Assembly: GCA_032654565.1 (NCBI GenBank)
Contig: JAULAX010000015.1
Location: 864,001 to 928,000 of the forward strand
Source: Anaeromyxobacteraceae bacterium
GTDB taxonomy: Bacteria; Myxococcota; Myxococcia; Myxococcales; Anaeromyxobacteraceae
DNA: 64,000 nucleotides
Direction of reading: 5' to 3'
Shown here: piece after piece, positions 18,523 to 32,078 of the stretch
Position numbering within the stretch: the first letter of the stretch is position 1
Layout of the letters: each line of letters begins with the position of its first letter
Position numbers and translations under genes: made by a program
The notes under the pieces: generated by a model
The model's database searches: none
Told to the model about the DNA's origin: nothing
Seen by the model: the letters and a program-made list of their open reading frames with translations, nothing else

Positions 18523-19353
18523 ATGCGCTCACTGCCCCTCGCCGTGACCATCGCCGTTGCCATGCTGGCGGGGTGCGGGATCGTGAAGAAGCTGGAGAAC
18601 CGGAAGGTGCTGGCCGGCCTGGTGATGCGCTCGCCGGACCTGGCCGTCGGAGCCCCCGCCAACCTGACCGTCACCGGCGTGGTCACGGCCCAGGTCTTCT
18701 TCGGAGACCTGCAGGGCGACACCCAGGCCCCCACCGGCCTCGCCGACGCCGCCGTGACCCTGGCCTGGGCGGGCGGGGCAACCGGGTCGGTGACCCTGCC
18801 GGCCGGACCGTCGGCGGGCTGGTACCAGCTCACCGGCACCTCCGTGGCGCACCAGGCCGGCCTCACCTACACCTTCACGGTCCGGTACGGCGGCGAGGTC
18901 TTCACCGGGACGGTGGTGGCCCCGGCCGCCGAGGGGATCACCGAGCTCGCCGCCGTGACGCCGCCGCTGATCTTCCCGCCCACGCCCAACCTGGCCGCGT
19001 CCTTCACCAAGCAGACGGTCTCGCGCACCGGGAGCGACACCGCCGTCTACGCCGCGAACCCGATCGAGGGTCCGACCAGCCTGGGCCCAACCAGCTGCAC
19101 CAACGCGCCGCTCTCCGACGCCTGGGCGATGGTCCAGTTGCTCATCGCCGCCGGGCCCTGGACGGTGCCGTCGTTCGAGCTGTGGCGGACCGACCTGGCC
19201 CCGACCGCTCCGCAGCGCTGCTTCGCCCCGGGGCCGGGGGCCTGGGTGGTGACCCTCACCACCGTCAGGTCGGGCAGCGTCTCCGGCAACCTCTTCTTCG
19301 GGAGCGGCGTGCTGGCCGGCTCGGCGGACGCGGGCGTGCTGGTGCTGCAGTAG
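18523..19353 (+). CDS. Hypothetical lipoprotein
   Basis: GGAGG RBS; lipobox MLAGC; beta-strand-rich sequence. Confidence 0.75.
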   Translation: MRSLPLAVTIAVAMLAGCGIVKKLENRKVLAGLVMRSPDLAVGAPANLTVTGVVTAQVFFGDLQGDTQAPTGLADAAVTLAWAGGATGSVTLPAGPSAGWYQLTGTSVAHQAGLTYTFTVRYGGEVFTGTVVAPAAEGITELAAVTPPLIFPPTPNLAASFTKQTVSRTGSDTAVYAANPIEGPTSLGPTSCTNAPLSDAWAMVQLLIAAGPWTVPSFELWRTDLAPTAPQRCFAPGPGAWVVTLTTVRSGSVSGNLFFGSGVLAGSADAGVLVLQ

Positions 19354-19457
19354 TCACCGGGCGGCGGCTCGCCCGTGCTCCGAGTGACATCTGCCGCGGG
19401 GCGTGCTTCTCTTTCCGCCGCGGGTTCGATCGCATGGTTCAAGCGAGGAGGGTCGAC

Positions 19458-22400
19458 GTGGGACGGAACATCGCAGTCGTCACCTTCCTCCTTTCGCTGA
19501 CCGCTTGTGACCTGCGGCCGCACGACGGGGAGATCCAGAGTCCGCCGCCGGTGACCGCGGTCCTGCTCACGCCTGCGCAGGCGACCGTCCGGGCGGGCCA
19601 CGCAGTCCAGTTCGCGGCCGCACCGCGCGGGGACGGGCGGGTGCCCCAGCGGGTCACCTGGAAGCTCCGCTGCGTCTCTGGCTGCAGCTGGTACCCATAC
19701 AATCCGGGCTCCCTCTCGGAGAGCGGCCTCTTCGTGGCGCCCTTCGACAACCCGGGCGCGCTGGTGGTGGAGGTGACGGCCGTCAGCGTGACAACCCGGG
19801 TGGAAGGCAGCGCCACCGTCCAGGTGGCACCCGCCTCCTTCACGATTTCGCCGCCCGCCCCCGCGGTCGCGCTCGGCGGTGAGCTCCAGCTCGCCGCTGA
19901 CTGGAATGGCGACGCTGGGCCGGCCTTCAACTGGAGCAGCGACAAGGGGACCATCGACCAGCTCGGTCGGTACGTGGCGCCCGGGGCCTTCTCCGGCGTC
20001 ATCACCAGCGCCGACCCCGGGGGGGACCTGGTGCGGGTGGAGCACCGGGCGAGCGGCCAGCGCCTGGAGGTGAGGGTCCGGCTCCACTTCAGGACACCGT
20101 TCATCAGCGGGACCTCCGGCCCTACGGCTCCGGGAGACACCCTGACGCTCACGGGGACCAACCTGGCCACCGGACTGGATCCCGGCGGCGCGACCTACGT
20201 CCTCTTCCCGGACGGCGCCGGTGGAGAGTTCCCGGTGAGGGCCACGGCGACGCCTGACCAGGTTACCGTGGTCGTTCCCGCGGGCTGTTCTTCGGGCGTA
20301 CTTCGCGTGGAGCTCCGCAGCGACAAATTGATCGGCATACCGCCCGCGTGGTCCAACCCGGTCCCGTTCGAGCTCAAGGGGGCGCTGCGGCTTCACCCCG
20401 ACCGGAACGAGCTCGCCGGTGGTGAGTCGACCGCGCTTCGGGTGGCCCTGCTCGGCATGCCGGGCCCGTTGCCGATCACCTTCGAGACCGACCTCGGATC
20501 GGTGTCCGGCGCGACCTACCTGGCGCCGCCATCGATCACCGCGGAGCGTTCGGCCAACGTCCGTGCCTGCGTCACCGGCACGTCCCTGTGCAGCGGCGCA
20601 TCCATCCTGCTCCGCCCTCTCCAGTTCACGCCTGGCCTGCCCCTGGTCGCACCCGGCGCCGCGGTCCAGTTCACCGCATTGGCCGACGGCCTGCCGGCCT
20701 CGCTCGTCTGGACGCTCGGCTCGGGCGGGGGCTCGGTCACGCCTGGGGGGCTCTACCAGGCCTCCACGGCATTGCAGGACGCCGGCCCCTCCTGGCTCCT
20801 CGCCAGCGGTGCCGCTGGCACCCTACCGGTGCAGGTGGGTGTGACCGGGGCGGTGCCGGGCCTGCTCGTCCGCCACACCGAGCCGGCCCCAGCCAGCCCG
20901 AGCGCCTTCACCGAGGGTGTCCCCTGGGGCGCGGCGGCCCTCGCCCTGGCCGTCGATGGCGGCCGCGGGTACCTGCTCCAGGGCACGCGGACAGGGTCGT
21001 ACCGCCCCTGGATCGACGTCTTCGATCTCACCGACCCGCTGAAGCCTTCCTGGCTGGGCGCGGTCGCGGCGCGCGACGCCCAGCTGGAGCGCTTCCAGGT
21101 GGCAGGCGGCCTCCTGGTCATGGTGACGATCCTGGAAGGCGAACGCCGGCTGGTCGATGCCTATGACCTGTCCGGCGCCCTGCCGGTGCTCACCGGGACC
21201 GTCTCGGCGGCCGTGGTACCTCCGGTCAGCACCCGCATGGACTGGGCCGCCGCGTCCAGCGAACTCGACGACGGGACGCTCTACCTGTTCGATGGCGTCA
21301 AGGCGACCACCTCGCCGGTCCCCCTGCGCGCCTTTCCGCTCTCTGGCGGCGCGTTGGCTGCGCACGTGGACTACCTGCTCGAGGTTCCGGGGGGAGCGCC
21401 CGACGCCTTCGGCGAGGTTGTCGCGGCGACCGCCAGCCGCGGCCGCGCCTACGTCGCGTTCACAGGGCTCTATCCCCTGGGATCGAGGCTCGGCGCCTGG
21501 GACCTCTCCACCAACCCGGCCCGTTACCTGGGGTCGGCCCCGACCAACTACAACAGGCGGGCGAACTACTGGAGCATCGTCTTCGGCGTGGCCGGCCGCC
21601 ACCTCGTGCTCGGCCGAGAATGTTACGACCTCGTCCCGGAGGTCCCCGCGCCGGTCCCGTGCACGTTCGAGCCGACCGCCATCGCGGCACGTGCCAGCGC
21701 AGGTGATCGCTACGTGAGCGGCGCCCTCCACCTCGACGACTACTCGGTTCCGGATCAGCCTCGCCGGGTCGCCAACCTGGACGTCCCCTATGACGGGGGT
21801 CAGGGCGCCATGGTGGGCAGGCTCTTCCTCTCGCCAGAGGGCAGCGCGGGGCTTGCGATCTACGATCTGGGCGCCGAGGGCGGGGTCCGAAGCGCCGGTC
21901 TGTCAGCGACCGACCGCGGCCTGCATAGCCTTCTCGATTCGGCGCTCGACGGGGGTCACCTCTATTCGCTCGCCTCCTGGAACTCCTGGGTGCACGTTGT
22001 CGCCTGGGCGCTCTCGAGCTCGCCCCCGGCCTTCACATCCTCGACGTGGCTCGTCGACGGAAGCCGAGTGGTGGGTGCCGGCGGCGGACTCCTCCTGGTC
22101 GGCACGACGACCGCACTTCAGGTCTGGTCGGTGGTCGATCCGGCGGCACCTGCGTGGCTCGGAGAGCTGCCCCTGGACCCGGCCACCATCTCGGTGGACG
22201 GCACGACGGGCTGGGTCGGGACCCTCGGCGGCGATCTCGTCTCGGTCGACCTCTCGGTGCCCGGGGCGCCGCTGGTCATGGGCAGGCTGGCGCTCGGGGC
22301 GGTGGCCCAGTCGATCGTGGTCCACTCCCCGGGACGGCTGCTGGTGGCCGTCGCGACCGGCGACGGGCTGGGCGGCGACCTGCTGGTGGTCGACGTGACC

Positions 22401-22883
22401 GCTCCGGCCGCGGCGGTCGTCATCGGCGCCGCCAGGCTCGGTGCGCCTGCCGTCGGCGTCGCCTCGGACGGGAGCACCGCCGCCGTCGCCACCACGAGCG
22501 AACTCATCACGGTGGACCTGGCCGATCCGGCTCATCCCCTGCCACTCGCGGCGGTGCCGATCCCCGCGACCCGGATCGCCGACGCCTGGTCCCCCCACCG
22601 CGTCTCGGCCGGCCTGCACCTCGCGGGTGGCCTGGCCTGGGTGGCGGCCGGTGACCGGCTCCTCGGCTACGACCTGCGCAGGCCGCGCTGGCCCCGCCTG
22701 GTGAGCGCGACCCAGCTGTCCTCGGTGGGGGTGGAGTCGGGCGCGCTCACGGTGGATGGCGCCCGCGCCTTCGGCTACTCGACCTACGACGCTACCATCG
22801 CCGAACTCGATCTCTCCCAGCCCCGCAACGTGGTGCTGACCCTTCCGCCGCCGGCGCCGCCGCGCCAGCTCAGCGCGCCGTAA
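19458..22883 (+). CDS. Large lipoprotein with Ig-like/IPT repeats and C-terminal LVIVD-like beta-propeller repeats
   Basis: GAGGAGG RBS before GTG; lipobox SLTAC; repeats VQF.A...W....G.I...G.Y.AP; many D.S.P..P..LG motifs. Confidence 0.75.
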   Translation: MGRNIAVVTFLLSLTACDLRPHDGEIQSPPPVTAVLLTPAQATVRAGHAVQFAAAPRGDGRVPQRVTWKLRCVSGCSWYPYNPGSLSESGLFVAPFDNPGALVVEVTAVSVTTRVEGSATVQVAPASFTISPPAPAVALGGELQLAADWNGDAGPAFNWSSDKGTIDQLGRYVAPGAFSGVITSADPGGDLVRVEHRASGQRLEVRVRLHFRTPFISGTSGPTAPGDTLTLTGTNLATGLDPGGATYVLFPDGAGGEFPVRATATPDQVTVVVPAGCSSGVLRVELRSDKLIGIPPAWSNPVPFELKGALRLHPDRNELAGGESTALRVALLGMPGPLPITFETDLGSVSGATYLAPPSITAERSANVRACVTGTSLCSGASILLRPLQFTPGLPLVAPGAAVQFTALADGLPASLVWTLGSGGGSVTPGGLYQASTALQDAGPSWLLASGAAGTLPVQVGVTGAVPGLLVRHTEPAPASPSAFTEGVPWGAAALALAVDGGRGYLLQGTRTGSYRPWIDVFDLTDPLKPSWLGAVAARDAQLERFQVAGGLLVMVTILEGERRLVDAYDLSGALPVLTGTVSAAVVPPVSTRMDWAAASSELDDGTLYLFDGVKATTSPVPLRAFPLSGGALAAHVDYLLEVPGGAPDAFGEVVAATASRGRAYVAFTGLYPLGSRLGAWDLSTNPARYLGSAPTNYNRRANYWSIVFGVAGRHLVLGRECYDLVPEVPAPVPCTFEPTAIAARASAGDRYVSGALHLDDYSVPDQPRRVANLDVPYDGGQGAMVGRLFLSPEGSAGLAIYDLGAEGGVRSAGLSATDRGLHSLLDSALDGGHLYSLASWNSWVHVVAWALSSSPPAFTSSTWLVDGSRVVGAGGGLLLVGTTTALQVWSVVDPAAPAWLGELPLDPATISVDGTTGWVGTLGGDLVSVDLSVPGAPLVMGRLALGAVAQSIVVHSPGRLLVAVATGDGLGGDLLVVDVTAPAAAVVIGAARLGAPAVGVASDGSTAAVATTSELITVDLADPAHPLPLAAVPIPATRIADAWSPHRVSAGLHLAGGLAWVAAGDRLLGYDLRRPRWPRLVSATQLSSVGVESGALTVDGARAFGYSTYDATIAELDLSQPRNVVLTLPPPAPPRQLSAP

Positions 22884-22892
22884 CCGCGCGCG

Positions 22893-24146
22893 TCAGCGGC
22901 CGAAGGGCGACCAGGCCGCTGGCCACTCCAGCCCGAGGGTCAGCGCCAGCGACCACTCGATCACCGGGAGGTCGCGGCCGGCGCTGGTGAGGTGGAGGGT
23001 CGCGCCGAGGTGACGGCGGAGGTCCAGCCCAAGGCGGGCCCGACCACCCAGGACTTCCAGGGTCGAGACATACCTCCCTCCAGCCACCAGGCTCCCCGCC
23101 CCATGGACTCCGGAGAAGGAGAGGTTTCGCCTCGTGGAGGGCTCATCGAGGGGGAGGTAGGTGGTCCGACCCTGGCCGTAGAGCAGGTGGACCGCGCCGC
23201 CGAGCCGGAATTCGACGTCGCTCCCCAGCCGCAGCGGCCAGGCGAGCTCGAAGCCGACCTCGGTGATGGTGAGATCCGCGGCGCTCTTCCCCCAGGCGTT
23301 GTCGGGGCTGGCGAGAAAGGTGGCGGGCCATACCTCGAGACTGGCGGCTGCCGCGAGCCGCTCCCCGCTCCAGCCCGCCCGGGCGCCGCCCGACACGGCC
23401 AGGGCCGACCCGGCCACCACCAGCGCGGATCCCCCCTCGACGAACCAGACCCTCGCCGCCCGGGGCGGCGGCGGGCGCGGGCGGCTGGCCTCGAGCTGCC
23501 GCCGGCGCGTCTCGAGCACACCAGCCTGGCCGGCAGGGTCGAAGCCTCGCCCTGCCAGCCAACGGACCCAGGGCCGCGACGCCTCCACCTCGACCAGGAG
23601 TTCGAGCTGGCGGGCGGCGGCGGCGGCGGCCTGCTCGAAGGCCCGGGGGATGGCAGCAACCGAGGGCCCAACGATCCGCGCCCGCCCCTCCGCCGACCAG
23701 CGCCCCAGCTCGGCGCCGCCCGCGGTCCTCAGGACGGCCAGGTACCCCACGGAGGTGAGCCATCCATCTGCGTCGAGGCCCACCTTGGCCTCCACCAGCG
23801 ACACCTCGAGCTCGAGGTCGGTGACCCCCTCGACCGCTGGCCGGAAGAGCCGGTCGAGCATCACGGCGCAGGCCCGGACCGCCTGGAGGCCGAGCCTGGT
23901 CGTGGACGGTCGGACCAGCGGTGCGCTCCCGAAGCTGTCTCGCGGGTGCTCGTGCGTCGCCTGGAGTGTCCCCGGATCAAGCTTGAGCCGGGCCGGGAAC
24001 GGATAGAAGGGGACCGGGATGTCGGCGGCTGCCGCCGGTGTGGCGCCTGGCTCCACGCCTGGCTCCAGGGGCGCCGCCCGGACCGGCTGCGCCAGGAGTG
24101 CCAACGCCAGGGTCCACGCTCCTGACCACCGCCGTCCGAAAGCCAT
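22893..24146 (-). CDS. Hypothetical exported protein, probable C-terminal outer-membrane beta-barrel
   Basis: Signal peptide ending VRA; alternating amphipathic strands in C-terminal half, ending LTLGLEW. Confidence 0.6.
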   Translation of the reverse strand: MAFGRRWSGAWTLALALLAQPVRAAPLEPGVEPGATPAAAADIPVPFYPFPARLKLDPGTLQATHEHPRDSFGSAPLVRPSTTRLGLQAVRACAVMLDRLFRPAVEGVTDLELEVSLVEAKVGLDADGWLTSVGYLAVLRTAGGAELGRWSAEGRARIVGPSVAAIPRAFEQAAAAAARQLELLVEVEASRPWVRWLAGRGFDPAGQAGVLETRRRQLEASRPRPPPPRAARVWFVEGGSALVVAGSALAVSGGARAGWSGERLAAAASLEVWPATFLASPDNAWGKSAADLTITEVGFELAWPLRLGSDVEFRLGGAVHLLYGQGRTTYLPLDEPSTRRNLSFSGVHGAGSLVAGGRYVSTLEVLGGRARLGLDLRRHLGATLHLTSAGRDLPVIEWSLALTLGLEWPAAWSPFGR

Positions 24147-24272
24147 CGATTCTCCCGGCCGCCGTCATGGCGATGTCGCACCGTACGTGCAGGGCCGGTC
24201 GTGGGCAACCTCCAAAGGCGCCCGACGGCACACCTCGAGCCGCCGGGCGATCGGCCTCCGCTGCTCCCGCGC

Positions 24273-24467
24273 GGGACCTCCGTGGCGCTCCAGGCCGGCC
24301 CCACCTACATCTTCACGGTCCGGTACGGTGGCGAGGCCTCCACCGGGACGGTGGTGGCATCGGCCGCCGAGGGGATCACCGAGCTCGCCGCCGCGAGGCC
24401 GCCGCTGGTCTTCCCGCCCACGCCCAACCTGGCCGCGACCTTCACCAAGCAGACGGTCTCGCTCGCC
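24273..24467 (+). pseudogene. 195-bp decayed fragment duplicating 18835-19029 (internal part of the 18523-19353 lipoprotein gene)
   Basis: 180/195 identical, no indels; 12 of 15 differences are non-synonymous; no start or signal peptide. Confidence 0.88.
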
Positions 24468-24497
24468 TCGCGACGGCCGGGGGTTACGAGATGCGCT

Positions 24498-25271
24498 CTA
24501 GTCCCGGCCCTTCTCCCGATCCTGGGCCTGGCCGCGGGGCGCTTCACGGGCCGGCTGCGCACGCGGTGCTTCACGGGCCGGCTCGGAACGCGGTGCTTCA
24601 CGGGTCGGTTGGGCGCGCGGTGCTTCCCGGGCCGGCTGGGCGCGGGGCGCAGCCCGGTTGTCGGGGCGTGCAGCCGGAGCCGGGGTCTGCGCCCGGCGGA
24701 TCTCCTTCACGGCCGCTTCGCGGGGCTCGTGCCGGTAGTTCTGGGTCTGCAGCGTCCGCTGCTCCTGGCGCTGCGGGTACCGGTTCCCCGAGTACTGCTT
24801 CTGGTAGACGGGCAGCGGCGCGGGAGCGGGTGCCGCGCGGCGGTCCCACTGATCCCAGCCGCCGCGTTGCCGCTCCCAGTCGCGTCCCCAGTGGTCGCCC
24901 CAGCGCGGCGCCGAGTTCGCCTGCCACCCGTGGAAGTAGGACGGGGGACGCCGGTAGTAGCCCACCGGAACGCGGAGGATGAAGAGCGGCACGTACTGGG
25001 GGCCGACCTGCGACCAGGGGCCGTTGTACCAGTCGCTGGCGTACCAGGTGTCGCCCTCGTAGACCCAGTACATGCCGTCGTAGAAGAAGTAGTTCGAGTC
25101 GGAATTCGGGTCGTAATAGACCGGGTACCCCGGCACGGCGACCAGCTCCGGGTAGTGGGCCTGGCTGAAGCCGATGCTGACGCTCGGAAGGCCGATCTGG
25201 ATGCTGAGCTGGGCCTGGGTGGAGGTCAGCGGGGACAAGAGCAGCGCCATGACCACGATGAGGTATCGCAT
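24498..25271 (-). CDS. Exported Tyr/Trp/Pro-rich protein with C-terminal REAPRAQPA repeats
   Basis: GGAGAA RBS; signal peptide; LVAVPGYPVYY.P, YFFYDG.YW.Y.G..WY.S.WYNGPW. Confidence 0.8.
   Translation of the reverse strand: MRYLIVVMALLLSPLTSTQAQLSIQIGLPSVSIGFSQAHYPELVAVPGYPVYYDPNSDSNYFFYDGMYWVYEGDTWYASDWYNGPWSQVGPQYVPLFILRVPVGYYRRPPSYFHGWQANSAPRWGDHWGRDWERQRGGWDQWDRRAAPAPAPLPVYQKQYSGNRYPQRQEQRTLQTQNYRHEPREAAVKEIRRAQTPAPAARPDNRAAPRAQPAREAPRAQPTREAPRSEPAREAPRAQPAREAPRGQAQDREKGRD
24541..24648. repeat. Four tandem 27-bp units encoding (A/T)REAPR(A/S)(Q/E)P
   Basis: gcttcacgggccggctgcgcacgcggt and three variants in tandem. Confidence 0.85.
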
Positions 25272-25502
25272 CTGTTGTTCTCCCGTTCTTGCGAGAGGGA
25301 ACATGCACCTCCCGCGCCCGCCGGGCGCTCGCAGGCGCACTGGATTCCAGGCGTCAGGACGACGTCGCGGGCCGGTCTCGAACGTTCTCGGGCGTTCGGA
25401 AGGCCCGGGGGACAAGCCACGTAGCCCGCCGGTGGCGTCTCCCCGGCACCTCTGTTATCTCCAGAGACCCCCGCGGTCCTCCCCGCCGGGCCCCAAGACC
25501 CC

Positions 25503-28181
<2,679 letters not shown>

Positions 28182-28305
28182 AGACCAACCGGGCGAGGCG
28201 AGGATCGCCGTCGCCGCAGCGCTCGCTGCGGCCGTCGCCCGCGCGGTCATGGCGTGGCGCGTCGTCGGAGGCCTGCGGCAGCGGCGGCGAAGCGCGCCCA
28301 GGCCG

Positions 28306-28335
28306 TTGACCGCCGCCACGGCCGGTGCCTACATT
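28306..28335 (+). promoter_or_regulatory. Putative sigma70 promoter TTGACC-N18-TACATT
   Basis: Near-consensus -35/-10 hexamers in otherwise very GC-rich DNA, just upstream of the 28347/28365 ATGs. Confidence 0.55.
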
Positions 28336-28364
28336 TCCGCGCGTCGATGCCCGCCGCCCGGACC

Positions 28365-28727
28365 ATGACCCTGCCGACCAGCCGCGATCTCCGGGTCGTC
28401 GATCTCGGCGAGGCCCGCGAGGCGCGGCGGCTGCGCGAGTTCCAGGCCCGCACCCGCGCCGTCGACGAGCTCAACCGCAAGGCGCTGGCGCGGCTCTACC
28501 AGACCGGCCTGGTCTATACGCGCCAGGGGGCGCGGCTGGGGCGCGACCTGCTGCTGGCGCACCAGCACCTGCTCCGCGTCGGCGACCTGCTGATCCGCGT
28601 CGGCGAGCTCAACGGCCCGGCCGCCGTCAGGGACGCCGAGGCCTTCTACGCCGAGGCCCAGGAGCTGCTGGCCCGCACCACCAAGCTGACCAGCCGCACC
28701 GGGCTGGTCTTCGCGCGCGGCCGGTAG
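28365..28727 (+). CDS. Hypothetical helical protein (alternative start 28347)
   Basis: Good coding bias; upstream promoter; no recognised domain. Confidence 0.65.
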   Translation: MTLPTSRDLRVVDLGEAREARRLREFQARTRAVDELNRKALARLYQTGLVYTRQGARLGRDLLLAHQHLLRVGDLLIRVGELNGPAAVRDAEAFYAEAQELLARTTKLTSRTGLVFARGR

Positions 28728-28919
28728 CGCCCCCGGGGAACGGCCCGGCGGCAGCGAGGGCACCGGGTGCGCGCTCCAGCGCGGGGCCCGAGCGCCCCCC
28801 TCCGGAGGACGTGGACGGATCACCCGGCAGGGGTTCAAGATGGGGACACGGCGCGGGGCCGCTCCTCATCCGGTGGCCGGGCGCGCCGAGGAGGCGTGGC
28901 CATGTCCAGTCCGAACAGG

Positions 28920-29156
28920 ATGCCAAGGCACATCATCTGGCTGTCGCTGGGGGCGGTGGCTTCGTTCGCCGGGAGCGTGGCGACCTTCGCCGGGATCGGC
29001 GCGGTCGCCAGCCCGGGCGCTGGACCGCCCGACGCCGGGGTCAACGCGCTGGGGGTCTACTTCCTGGTCTTCGCGCTCGGCGTGGGCGGGCTGGTCCTGG
29101 CCGCGATGGCCGGCAAGGAGCTGCTCGACTTCCGGCGCCAGCTCCGCGTGCTCTGA
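28920..29156 (+). CDS. Small two-TM membrane protein (alternative start 28902)
   Basis: Two hydrophobic stretches; GGAGG and AGGA upstream. Confidence 0.55.
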   Translation: MPRHIIWLSLGAVASFAGSVATFAGIGAVASPGAGPPDAGVNALGVYFLVFALGVGGLVLAAMAGKELLDFRRQLRVL

Positions 29157-29179
29157 CCTGTCGTGGCATCATGGCCGGC

Positions 29180-30184
29180 ATGAACGGCCGCCTCCTCGAG
29201 CTCGAGCTCGACGCCCCCGCGCTCTCCGGCAACCCCCTCGGCGACCCCACCCGCCGCCCGCTCTTCGCCTGGCTCCCGCCCGGCCACGCCGACGGGGCCG
29301 GGCTGCCGGCCGTCTACTTCCTCCACGGCTTCACCGGGAGCGGGCGGGGCTGGCTCAACGTCTCCCCCTGGAGCCCCACCGTGCCGGAGCGGCTCGACGC
29401 CCTGGTCTCCGCCGGCGAGGTGCCGCCGCTGGTGGGCGTCTTCGTGGACGGCTGGACCTCGCTGGGCGGCAGCCAGTGGGTCAACTCGCCGGCCATCGGC
29501 CGCTACCAGGACTACCTGGCCGACGACGTGGTCGGGTTCATCGAGCGCACCCTGGCCACGCTGCCGCGCCGCGAGGCCAGGGCCCTGGTCGGCAAGAGCT
29601 CGGGCGGTTACGGCGTGCTGCGCATGGGGCGCGACCGGCCGGAGGTCTTCGCCCACCTGGCCTGCCACGCCGGCGACGCCGGCTTCGAGTGGTGCTACGG
29701 CCCGGACCTCCCCAAGGCGGCCGCGGCGCTGCTCGGCGCCACCGACGCCGCGGCCTGGCTCGAGGCCGCGGTGCGCCGGGCCCGGGAGACCAGGCTGGCC
29801 GGCAGCGACCACCCGGTGCTCAACGTCCTCGCCATGGCCGCCGCCTACTCGCCGGATGCCACGGCGCCGCTGGGCGCGGCGCTGCCGTTCGAGCTCCCCA
29901 GCGGCCGGGTGCGCCCCGAGGTCTGGGCCCGCTGGCTGGAGGCCGACCCGGTCCGCTTCGTGCCGCGGGCCCTCGAGGCCTTCCGCAGCCTGGCCACGGT
30001 CTTCCTCGACTGCGGCAGCCGCGACGAGTTCAACCTGCGCTGGGGGGCCCGCCAGGTGGCCGAGGCGCTGCGCGCCGGCGGCGTCGCCGTGGTCCACGAG
30101 GAGTTCGAGGACGGCCACATGGGCATCAATTACCGGTACGACAGGTCGCTGCGGCTGCTGGGGGCGCGGCTGGCGCGGATGTAG
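29180..30184 (+). CDS. Alpha/beta-hydrolase, Fes/enterochelin-esterase-like putative esterase
   Basis: LSGNPLGDP..R.L..WLPPG, YFLHGFTG, GGSQW.NS...GRY.DY, nucleophile GKSSGGYG, DCGSRDEF.L, EEF.DGH. Confidence 0.85.
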   Translation: MNGRLLELELDAPALSGNPLGDPTRRPLFAWLPPGHADGAGLPAVYFLHGFTGSGRGWLNVSPWSPTVPERLDALVSAGEVPPLVGVFVDGWTSLGGSQWVNSPAIGRYQDYLADDVVGFIERTLATLPRREARALVGKSSGGYGVLRMGRDRPEVFAHLACHAGDAGFEWCYGPDLPKAAAALLGATDAAAWLEAAVRRARETRLAGSDHPVLNVLAMAAAYSPDATAPLGAALPFELPSGRVRPEVWARWLEADPVRFVPRALEAFRSLATVFLDCGSRDEFNLRWGARQVAEALRAGGVAVVHEEFEDGHMGINYRYDRSLRLLGARLARM

Positions 30185-30264
30185 GACAACCGGCGACCAG
30201 GTCGGGTGGCAGGCGCCGGCCTTCCGGTGTATTGAGGCTGCCTCAACCCAGCCAGGAGCCTCGC

Positions 30265-30825
30265 ATGCGACGTCTTGCCACCGCTGCCCTCGCCGCCGCT
30301 TTCCTCTCCGCCACCCCTGCGCTGGCCGCTCCAGCGCCGGCCGCCGCCACCGGGAGCAAGTCGGTGGTGGGCTGGGGCATCCTCGGGTGGGGCAGCGCCG
30401 TCGGCGTCGGCGCCACCTTCCAGCTGCCGCTGGTGCCGCAGGGGCTGATCCACGACCCCGGCTTCCGGCTCCGCGACACCCTCGACCTCGACCTCGGCCT
30501 CGACTACCTGAGCTACTGGGACCACCACTACTACTACGCCGGCGGACCCTACTACGACGTCAGCGTCGTCAACCTGCACGCCGGCGTGATCTGGAACTTC
30601 TGGCTGACCCCGACGCTGGCGGTCTACCCCAAGGTCGGGCTGGGCTACGGCATCGTGCACTACAGCTACTCGAACAACGTCAACCCCGGCTTCGCCACCA
30701 CCAGCTACGGCGGCCTCTACCCGGAGCTGGCGGTGGGCGGCCAGCTCCGGCTCTCCGGCGCGCTCACGGTGCGCAGCGAGCTGGGCTGGTCCGGCCTCAA
30801 GGTCGGCCTCGGCTTCGACTTCTAG
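30265..30825 (+). CDS. Putative small outer-membrane beta-barrel protein
   Basis: AGGAG RBS; signal peptide; amphipathic strands; terminal ..GLGFDF. Confidence 0.7.
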   Translation: MRRLATAALAAAFLSATPALAAPAPAAATGSKSVVGWGILGWGSAVGVGATFQLPLVPQGLIHDPGFRLRDTLDLDLGLDYLSYWDHHYYYAGGPYYDVSVVNLHAGVIWNFWLTPTLAVYPKVGLGYGIVHYSYSNNVNPGFATTSYGGLYPELAVGGQLRLSGALTVRSELGWSGLKVGLGFDF

Positions 30826-30842
30826 GGCCGGGCTCCGGGGGC

Positions 30843-32060
<1,218 letters not shown>

Positions 32061-32078
32061 GTGCTGGTCCCCCGCGGC

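Noticed and set aside
24273..24467. 195-bp repeat as the template repeat of a diversity-generating retroelement
   Set aside because: The 15 mismatches involve all four bases on both strands rather than adenines only, the matched region is mid-gene, and no reverse transcriptase is in the window
24541..24648. 27-bp tandem units as a CRISPR array
   Set aside because: No spacers, in-frame coding repeat, no cas genes
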